DNA of 10,467 bases from Promethearchaeota archaeon (lineage in GTDB: Archaea > Asgardarchaeota > Lokiarchaeia > Sigyniarchaeales > SOKP01), in assembly GCA_048941265.1 (NCBI GenBank), contig JBHLNT010000150.1:1-10467 (forward strand), read 5' to 3'. Numbering within the stretch: position 1 is the first letter of the stretch; every line of letters starts with the position of its first letter. Below are positions 1 to 6,577 of the stretch, piece by piece. The notes beneath the pieces are model-generated. The model searched no databases, was not told where the DNA came from, and saw nothing but the letters and a program-made list of their open reading frames with translations. The position numbers and the translations under genes are program-made.

Positions 1-1157
1 CAGAAAGGACAACATGAAACAATTGCCTCAGCAGTTGTCTCTTTTGCTTCTTCTATACGCTCATGTGCAGCAAAAGCAGATAGATCTTTAAAAGCTGACC
101 GGACTCCTCCCCCTGAACCGCAGCACCACGCATTATGTCTATTTCGATTCATTTCTAAAAGTTCAATACCGGGAATTTTCTGTAGCACTTCCCTTGGTGG
201 TTTATATATCCCCATGTGGCGCCCTATATGACATGGATCATGATAAGTGATTTTCATGTTAAATTCTTTGGTAAAGTTTAACTCCCCATTCTTTAATTTC
301 TCTGATAAAAATTCAGGTAGGTGTTTAACTTCAATCCCGTGATCAAGACCAAATTTATTTGGATAAGTATCTTTCCAAGTTCTGTAACATCCCGCGCAAG
401 ATGTTATAATTTGTTCTATTCCAGCATCTTTAAAATTATTTACATTTACTTCTGCTAAATTTTTTGCTTTTTCCATTTGCCCTGTCATGTAAACGGGAGA
501 ACCACAGCAGCTTTCTTCCGAGTGAATTCTGAAATCGACTTGTAAAGAATTAAGTATTTCCGCTGTGGCTATAGCAACATTTTGTTCTCGATAACTTGAA
601 GTACAACCAACGAAATATGCCGTTTTAGCATCAGCTACTTGTTTTATATGTGATGGCAGCCAATTTAATCGATCTCCGTGTTTTTCCATGTATGGATTGT
701 GCTCTTCCATTGTATGTTCGGTATATGTTTTTTGTTCGGGCATTGGACCATAACCTTGTTTGATTGCTTCTTCTCTCATTGCCATTAACCATTCTCCTGC
801 GTAAGTATGAATTTCCGGTACTTGGCATTGTTGTAGACATGCCATGCACACAGAACATTGATAAAAGATACTCGCTAAATGTTCTGTCCACTTAAGCTTA
901 CCTGAGGTAATTCCCCAGGTTAATAAATTTTTGCCTCCAAGATAATATGATTCAAATTTTCCAAATTCTCCTGAAGGACAGTTTCTTGCCCAATCAGCGT
1001 CCTGATATACAGTTCTACAAGTACCGCATTTCCCACATTGATATATGATATCCTTATAATGTTCTATGTCCATGTGCCTATCAATCTTATGAATCTCTTG
1101 TTTCATATCTACATGGGTTACTCCCATACGTTTAACATATCTGACTCGCTTTGATAT
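1..1157 (-). CDS. HdrD/GlcF-like Fe-S oxidoreductase subunit (2 ferredoxin-type motifs + 2 CCG domains), copy B; 3' end truncated by the window edge
   Basis: Not in the ORF track. Manual minus-strand translation is open from 1157 to position 1: ISKRVRYVKRMG...YQCGKCGTCR...NCP...CSVCMACLQQC...FVGC...ESCCGSP...SCAGC...HDPCH...WCCGSGGG...VSCCPF. About 80% identical to 2720..3973 by manual count over ~150 aa. The start is uncertain: in-frame ATG 1175, GTG 1166, ATA 1157 or ATG 1127. Confidence 0.93.
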   Translation of the reverse strand, partial: MSKRVRYVKRMGVTHVDMKQEIHKIDRHMDIEHYKDIIYQCGKCGTCRTVYQDADWARNCPSGEFGKFESYYLGGKNLLTWGITSGKLKWTEHLASIFYQCSVCMACLQQCQVPEIHTYAGEWLMAMREEAIKQGYGPMPEQKTYTEHTMEEHNPYMEKHGDRLNWLPSHIKQVADAKTAYFVGCTSSYREQNVAIATAEILNSLQVDFRIHSEESCCGSPVYMTGQMEKAKNLAEVNVNNFKDAGIEQIITSCAGCYRTWKDTYPNKFGLDHGIEVKHLPEFLSEKLKNGELNFTKEFNMKITYHDPCHIGRHMGIYKPPREVLQKIPGIELLEMNRNRHNAWCCGSGGGVRSAFKDLSAFAAHERIEEAKETTAEAIVSCCPF

Positions 1158-1158
1158 A

Positions 1159-2577
1159 TCACTCACCCCAACCATGTCCAGGATTCATTATCATATTTGG
1201 ATCTAAAACCTTTTTGATCTTTTTCATTAACTCTTTTGTCTCTGGTAGTATTTTGACTTCATAAATATCGTGGGCCCACTTTGGTGCCTTGTACATTACT
1301 ACTCCATCTTGGGAAGAGACTCCATCATGAATTTCTTTTAGAATTTCTCGAGCTGTTTCGATTTCTTTAGGATCATTTTTGTTAAAATTAATGTTGAAGC
1401 GTGAAACGCAATAATGGCCTCCAAATAATAGTCTAGAATAAAATTGAGAAGTGCGCCCATGTTTTAGAGCAGTTTCTTTTGCTATTTTGTAATATTTTAA
1501 GATGTCTCTTACTGAACAATAACTCCCAATCCATTCACCACCTCCTCCTCTAGAGAAATTCCAAGCTCCCCATCCTTGAAAAGGTAATTCAATTTCAATT
1601 CCTATACCGCCTGGAGGTTCCATAAGACCAGCTTCTTTATATATAGCCTCAATAGCTTCACATTGAGCCTCAAGTTGCTTTTCGGTGTAAGCTTGCGTAG
1701 TCACACCTGAGATAAAAACAGGTATATTATTCTTTAAAGGATCTACAGGGATTTTTTCTTCATAAACACCCAAAGCTGCTTGAATCCAACTATAGCTGAA
1801 TACGAATATATCTATTATTCCTAGTCCTGCTTTTGAAAGCTTTAACAATACGGGAATCCCTGTATCAAAGTCCTTTCCAATGAGAGCAAAAGACTTTCGG
1901 AATGGTAATCTCGGCCATAATTTTATGGCAGCTTTGGTTACAATTCCGGTGGATCCCTCCCAACCAATAAATAATCCCGCTAAATCTGGTAATGGCTGTC
2001 TACCATACCAGCAATCAGATAAACTACACGATCCCACTCTTACTAGTTCACCTGAACCTAATACTACCTCTAATCCATTAATAAATTCTGCGCCGGTTCC
2101 TCCAAGCATTCCAAGATCAAACATCCCATAACATAAGCAAGAGGCCACAACACCAGTTCCTGGAGGGGAAAATGTTATACCTGCCATAAGATTTGGGTGA
2201 TTTTTTCCGAGATATCCAATTAAATCCGCCCAAGTTATTCCTCCTTCTACTAATGCATACATATCATCTTCATTAACTTCTATTACCCGATTTAAGCGTC
2301 TTAAATCAACAACGATTCCTCCCTCTAGGGGTGTCGCAGTCGATCCGAAATTAATACCAGATACCCATGGAATTATGGGGATCTTATGCTTATTAGCTAA
2401 TTTAACAATTTCTTGGACTTCCTCAGCAGTATTGGGCATTATAACAGCATCACACACTCCCTCCGGCTCTGCTGTCACAAAATCATAATGGTAAAGATAT
2501 GTTTCTTCAGGATTATCTGATACGTACTTAGATCCAACAATACTTTCAAATTCAGATATAATTTCGCTATTTATCAT
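1159..2577 (-). CDS. FAD-linked oxidoreductase, VAO/PCMH-GlcD superfamily (FAD_binding_4 + FAD-oxidase C-terminal-like), copy B
   Basis: 472 aa. Family hallmarks P..AEEVQEIVKLAN, GGIVVDLRRLNRVIEVN, VEGGITW, GLEVVLGSGE, DLAGLFIGWEGSTGIVTK and C-terminal KKVLDPNMIMNPG. ATG start with GGGTG 8 nt upstream. Substrate unknown. Confidence 0.92.
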   Translation of the reverse strand: MINSEIISEFESIVGSKYVSDNPEETYLYHYDFVTAEPEGVCDAVIMPNTAEEVQEIVKLANKHKIPIIPWVSGINFGSTATPLEGGIVVDLRRLNRVIEVNEDDMYALVEGGITWADLIGYLGKNHPNLMAGITFSPPGTGVVASCLCYGMFDLGMLGGTGAEFINGLEVVLGSGELVRVGSCSLSDCWYGRQPLPDLAGLFIGWEGSTGIVTKAAIKLWPRLPFRKSFALIGKDFDTGIPVLLKLSKAGLGIIDIFVFSYSWIQAALGVYEEKIPVDPLKNNIPVFISGVTTQAYTEKQLEAQCEAIEAIYKEAGLMEPPGGIGIEIELPFQGWGAWNFSRGGGGEWIGSYCSVRDILKYYKIAKETALKHGRTSQFYSRLLFGGHYCVSRFNINFNKNDPKEIETAREILKEIHDGVSSQDGVVMYKAPKWAHDIYEVKILPETKELMKKIKKVLDPNMIMNPGHGWGE

Positions 2578-2585
2578 ATTAAAAA

Positions 2586-2627
2586 CACCCTTAAGAAGAA
2601 CTTAAGTTATTTAGTTATATAAAAATT
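2586..2627 (-). promoter_or_regulatory. Archaeal TATA box (AATTTTTATATAA, 2615-2627) and RBS (GGGTG, 2586-2590) of operon copy B
   Basis: The minus strand reads AATTTTTATATAA-N20-TTAAGGGTG-N8-ATG. The same two blocks are conserved upstream of copy A while the flanks differ. Confidence 0.7.
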
Positions 2628-2671
2628 ATTACTTAAGATGAAGTGAATTTAATTTGTTATTAGAGTACTTT

Positions 2672-2698
2672 AAAAAAATCAGTAAATTTAAAGAAAAA
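2672..2698 (-). terminator. Putative archaeal oligo-T terminator after operon copy A
   Basis: T5 (2694-2698) and T7 (2672-2678) tracts on the minus strand, 20-50 nt past the stop at 2720. Confidence 0.4.
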
Positions 2699-2719
2699 TA
2701 ATTAAATTAATAGATTGAA

Positions 2720-3973
2720 CTATAATGCTTTTTTTACCAATTCAGACAGGTCTAAAGCCTGAATCTCGTTATCTTTGATATTTGTTTTAAATTGGTTTAA
2801 ACAAAATGGACAGCAAGAAACAATTGCTTCAGCTGTAGTTTCTTTTGCTTCCTCAATTCGTTCATTCGCAGCAAATACCGATAAATCTTTGAAAGCTGAT
2901 CTTACTCCACCTCCAGAACCACAACACCATGCATTATGTCTATTTCGGGTCATTTCTAAAAGCTCAATACCGGGTATTTTTTGTAAGACCTCTCTAGGCG
3001 CTTTATAAATTCCCATATGTCGACCAATATGGCAAGGGTCGTGATAAGTAATTTTCATATTAATTTCTTTACTAAAATTCAACTCATTTTTTTTTAATTT
3101 GTCCTGTATAAATTCAGGGAGATGCATGATTTTGATTCCATGATTTAAACCAAACTTATTTGGGTAAGTATCTTTCCAAGTTCTATAACAGCCCGCACAT
3201 GAGGTAATGATTTCTTCTATACCCGCCTCTTTGAAGCCATTTACATTGGTTTCTGCTATTTCTTTTGCTTTATCAACTTGTCCTGTCATGTATACTGGGG
3301 AACTACAACACCTTTCTTCATTTAATATTCTAAAATCAACTTTTAACGAATTTAATATTTCGGCTGTAGCAATTGCAACATTTTGCTCCCGATAACTTGA
3401 TGTACACCCCACAAAGTATGCTAGTTTCGCATTTGGCGTTTGTTTTATGTGTGATGGTAACCATTTTAGCCTATCCTTGTGATTTTCCATGTATGGATTG
3501 TGTTCTTTCATTACATGTTCGGTATATCGGGCTTGTTCGGGCATTGGACCGTACCCTTGTTTCACAGCTTCTTCTCTCATAGCCATTAGCCATTCTCCAG
3601 CATAATGATGTATCTCAGGGATTTGACATTGTTGAAGACAAGCCATGCACACAGAACATTGATAAAAAATCTTTGCGATATCCTCTGTCCAATTTAGTTT
3701 TCCGGATGTTACTCCCCAAGCAAGAAGATTTTTTCCACCGAGATAATAGGCTTCAAATTTTCCGTATTCTCCAGAAGGACATACTCGAGACCAATACGCA
3801 TCCTGGAATACAGTCCTACAGGTGCCGCATTTTCCGCATTGATAAATTACATCCTGATAATGTTGGATGTCTTGATGTCTTTTAAGGTCGTGAATTTCGT
3901 AGGCAGTTCTTAACTTTGATATGCCTTGGCCTCTAATATATGATACTCGTGGTTCCCTTTTCTTCTTAGCCAT
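2720..3973 (-). CDS. HdrD/GlcF-like Fe-S oxidoreductase subunit (2 ferredoxin-type motifs + 2 CCG domains), copy A
   Basis: 417 aa. CGKCGTC...CP and CSVCMACLQQC ferredoxin motifs, then C-X31-CC-X35-CAGC and C-X35-CC-X36-CPFC, matching the CCG motif of HdrB/HdrD/GlcF/GlpC. ATG lies 1 nt after the upstream TGA. Confidence 0.93.
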   Translation of the reverse strand: MAKKKREPRVSYIRGQGISKLRTAYEIHDLKRHQDIQHYQDVIYQCGKCGTCRTVFQDAYWSRVCPSGEYGKFEAYYLGGKNLLAWGVTSGKLNWTEDIAKIFYQCSVCMACLQQCQIPEIHHYAGEWLMAMREEAVKQGYGPMPEQARYTEHVMKEHNPYMENHKDRLKWLPSHIKQTPNAKLAYFVGCTSSYREQNVAIATAEILNSLKVDFRILNEERCCSSPVYMTGQVDKAKEIAETNVNGFKEAGIEEIITSCAGCYRTWKDTYPNKFGLNHGIKIMHLPEFIQDKLKKNELNFSKEINMKITYHDPCHIGRHMGIYKAPREVLQKIPGIELLEMTRNRHNAWCCGSGGGVRSAFKDLSVFAANERIEEAKETTAEAIVSCCPFCLNQFKTNIKDNEIQALDLSELVKKAL

Positions 3974-3974
3974 A

Positions 3975-5402
3975 TCAATCCTCTCCGATACCTTGTCCAG
4001 GATTCATGATATTATTAGGATCGAGAAGTTTTTTGATATCATCAATTAGCTTTGCCGTACCTGGGATTGTCTTTCTCTTATAATAATCAACAGCCCATAA
4101 AGGAGGTTTATACATAACTACTCCGCCTAAATTTTGAACCTCATCATGTATTTCATGAAGAATCTTTCTAGCATTTTCTATTTCTTTTGGATCATTTTTA
4201 TTGAAATTAACATTCGAACGGGCTACACAATAATGACCCCCAAACAAAATACGACTATAAAATTGTGGAATTTTATCGTACTTTAGACAAACTTTTCTAC
4301 TTAAATTGTAATATTTTACAATATCTCTTGTTGAGCAATAACTTCCGATCCATTGACCCCCACCCCCTCTGGAAAAATTCCAACAACCCCAAAGATGGAT
4401 TGGAGGACGTTTTATTGCTTCAACTCCATCTGAAGCAGCAAGAAGTTGAATTCCCCCTTTTTTACATAAATCTTTGATAGCTTCACATTGCGCTTCATGT
4501 TGTTTTTCAGTATATGCTTGAGTTGTGATAACTGAAATACAATCCGGCATATTTTCTGCCACCGCATCTTTAACTGCATCTCTTTCGTTTAATTCTTGAA
4601 TTGATTGACCCCATCCGAAATTTACTATAACGATATCACAAATACCGAGCCCAGCTTTCGAAAGTTTGAGTAATACAGGAACACCATCATCCATCCTAAG
4701 TGTACCTCCCGTAAAATCTTCCCTGAATGGTAATTTTGGCCATAACTTTATTCCCATTTTCGTTACTATACCTGTACTTCCCTCCCATCCAATAAATAAT
4801 CCCGCAAGATCTGGTAATGGTTGTCTGCCATACCAATAGTTTGAAAGGCTGCAAGAACCAACTCTAACTAATTCTCCCGATCCTAAAACTGCTTCAATAC
4901 CATTAACAAATTCTGCGCCGGTACCTCCGAGCATTCCAAGATCAAACATTCCATAACATAAACATGAAGGAACTACTCCTGTACCGGGAGGCGACCACGT
5001 TATACCGGCCCTGAAATTTGGATGATGTTTATCTAGATAACCTTTAAGATCAGCCCAGGTTATACCTCCTTCTACAACCGCATACATATCATCCTCATTT
5101 ACCTCAAGGACACGGTTCATTCTTCTCATGTCTACCACGATACCCCCCTTTCGTGGAGTCGCTATAGATCCAAAATTTATTCCGGAAACCCATGGAATTA
5201 ATGGTATTTTGTATTTATTAGCGATTTTAACAATTTCTTGAACTTCTCCGGCTGACCCGGGAATGATGGCAACATCACACTTACCTTCGGGCTCTGCGGT
5301 AACAAAATCATAATGATAGAGATATGTAATTTCGGCTTTGTCGCTTACAAACCGCTCACCGACAACAGATTCTAATTCCGCAACTATTTCACTATTATTC
5401 AA
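3975..5402 (-). CDS. FAD-linked oxidoreductase, VAO/PCMH-GlcD superfamily, copy A
   Basis: 475 aa paralog of 1159..2577 with the same motifs (DLAGLFIGWEGSTGIVTKMG, LLDPNNIMNPG). TTG start with GGGTGAT RBS 6 nt upstream. Confidence 0.92.
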   Translation of the reverse strand: MNNSEIVAELESVVGERFVSDKAEITYLYHYDFVTAEPEGKCDVAIIPGSAGEVQEIVKIANKYKIPLIPWVSGINFGSIATPRKGGIVVDMRRMNRVLEVNEDDMYAVVEGGITWADLKGYLDKHHPNFRAGITWSPPGTGVVPSCLCYGMFDLGMLGGTGAEFVNGIEAVLGSGELVRVGSCSLSNYWYGRQPLPDLAGLFIGWEGSTGIVTKMGIKLWPKLPFREDFTGGTLRMDDGVPVLLKLSKAGLGICDIVIVNFGWGQSIQELNERDAVKDAVAENMPDCISVITTQAYTEKQHEAQCEAIKDLCKKGGIQLLAASDGVEAIKRPPIHLWGCWNFSRGGGGQWIGSYCSTRDIVKYYNLSRKVCLKYDKIPQFYSRILFGGHYCVARSNVNFNKNDPKEIENARKILHEIHDEVQNLGGVVMYKPPLWAVDYYKRKTIPGTAKLIDDIKKLLDPNNIMNPGQGIGED

Positions 5403-5408
5403 TTTATA

Positions 5409-5453
5409 ATCACCCTTAATAAAAAGTATAAGGTAATTGTTTATATAAAAATT
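5409..5453 (-). promoter_or_regulatory. Archaeal TATA box (AATTTTTATATAA, 5441-5453) and RBS (GGGTGAT, 5409-5415) of operon copy A
   Basis: The minus strand reads AATTTTTATATAA-N21-TTAAGGGTG-N8-TTG, matching copy B in sequence and spacing. Confidence 0.7.
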
Positions 5454-5476
5454 TTCACGCTAAAACTATAAAAATA

Positions 5477-5494
5477 TTTTTACTTAAGTAAAAA
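5477..5494. promoter_or_regulatory. Perfect 18-bp palindrome TTTTTACTTAAGTAAAAA, candidate operator
   Basis: Perfect dyad ~25 nt upstream of the copy A TATA box. The CTTAAG core recurs three times in the copy B promoter. Confidence 0.35.
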
Positions 5495-5582
5495 ATAGAA
5501 ATTCAAATGAAACTGAGCTCAAATTATTTATAAATTTCATATATTCTATACAAAACAAATTGTAAAAAGAGAAAATACTTAG

Positions 5583-6431
5583 TTAAAGAAGATCCAAAAA
5601 TTCTTCAACTTTATTTTTTATTTTAGAAGCTAATTTGGGGGAATATCTCTGCTTAATAAACTGTTTAATTAAAGATAATCTATAATGGCTCATCTTTGGG
5701 ACCATCAGCTCCTTTGAGACCTTCTCTATAAGCTCGTCTTCATATATCTCCCTGATATTCTCTAGAAGGTTTTTAGTATATTCTGCCTCTTTTATAAGTT
5801 TGGCAATGCCTTGTTGCATAAGGAGTAATTGTTCTTCCTCATCAATTATTTCAACTGCCTTTTTGATAAGGTCTTCTTCAAATTTTAATTTTTCATCCCA
5901 TGGTGTTTTTAATATATGTTTATGTGAATCTAAAACAAGAGCATCTTTCTCTTTTATTTTTACTTTATCATAATCGCTTTCTAATATAAAATCGACACCA
6001 GAGGCACCCTTGTATTGATCCGGCAAGATACTATCTCCTATTCTATTCAAAACTTTTGAGATATTTTCTGATTCGTTATTAATCATGATATATACGGGGT
6101 AATTAAATAATTTAGCGTGAATTAAACTAAAAAGACCGTATAAACCGTACATTTGAATAAGTTTTCTTAAAGTTAAAATCCCACGTTTCTCCAGCTCAGT
6201 TTCTTCTGTAGAGATTGCCATTTGCAGATCTATTTTTTCATATCCACGTATGTTTCCTTTAGAATCAACAAAAACAATGAATTGATGATCTGGACATACT
6301 GCCATTTGAGGGACTTGTATTTTAATTGTCCCAAATTTTTTTTGTGAAAAAACTGATTCTGGAATATTAAGATCTTTTTCAGTATTGCAAATGGGACAGG
6401 TTACCGCTATTTTCCTATAATTGGTTTGCAT
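5583..6431 (-). CDS. Uncharacterised protein with an N-terminal CxxC...CxxH Zn-ribbon-like domain (Lokiarchaeia-type)
   Basis: 282 aa. N-terminus CPIC...IP...GTIKIQVP...VCPDHQFIVFVDSKGNIRGYEKID, a pattern I recall from an expanded hypothetical family in Lokiarchaeia (not verified by search). The rest is alpha/beta then helical. Confidence 0.8.
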   Translation of the reverse strand: MQTNYRKIAVTCPICNTEKDLNIPESVFSQKKFGTIKIQVPQMAVCPDHQFIVFVDSKGNIRGYEKIDLQMAISTEETELEKRGILTLRKLIQMYGLYGLFSLIHAKLFNYPVYIMINNESENISKVLNRIGDSILPDQYKGASGVDFILESDYDKVKIKEKDALVLDSHKHILKTPWDEKLKFEEDLIKKAVEIIDEEEQLLLMQQGIAKLIKEAEYTKNLLENIREIYEDELIEKVSKELMVPKMSHYRLSLIKQFIKQRYSPKLASKIKNKVEEFLDLL

Positions 6432-6577
6432 ATTTCATCATATAAAAAAAATAGTTCAAACTTTTTCCTAATTATTATGATAGAAGTCTTAACTTAAAAA
6501 CTTATTTTTGGTAAAATTCATTTTGCAATGCATCATTATAATTTAATAATTTTTTTTTATAAGGAGGATAAAAGTGC

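Larger units (their letters stand above)
1..5453 (-). repeat. Diverged tandem duplication of a promoter + flavoprotein + Fe-S operon (copy B <1-2627, copy A ~2720-5453)
   Basis: Collinear homology at an offset of ~2.80-2.83 kb (position 1 aligns to 2802, 2577 to 5402). Differences are concentrated at third codon positions, e.g. 1-60 vs 2802-2861. Confidence 0.92.

Noticed and set aside
631-891. 86-aa minus-strand ORF in the track
   Set aside because: It is an alternative frame inside the real Fe-S gene (<1..1157), whose frame is supported by paralogy.
1880-2131. 83-aa plus-strand ORF
   Set aside because: Antisense shadow of the conserved FAD-binding region, with no motifs.
2775-3885. Four short plus-strand ORFs (2775, 3207, 3373, 3673)
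   Set aside because: All are antisense to the Fe-S gene. Any similarity to the other copy is explained by conservation on the minus strand.
1-3973. Selenocysteine (TGA) recoding in the Hdr-like Fe-S proteins
   Set aside because: There is no in-frame TGA in either copy, and all motif positions are TGT/TGC.
4265-4477. 70-aa plus-strand ORF
   Set aside because: Antisense to the flavoprotein, with no supporting signals.
1159-5402. Assigning gene symbols glcD/glcF or hdrD
   Set aside because: The superfamily matches, but the GlcD catalytic motifs are missing and no glcE or hdrE partner is present, so the symbols would overstate function.
1-5453. Duplication as an assembly artefact or a decaying copy
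   Set aside because: The copies differ at many synonymous sites and by in-frame indels, and both retain open frames, cysteines and promoters.
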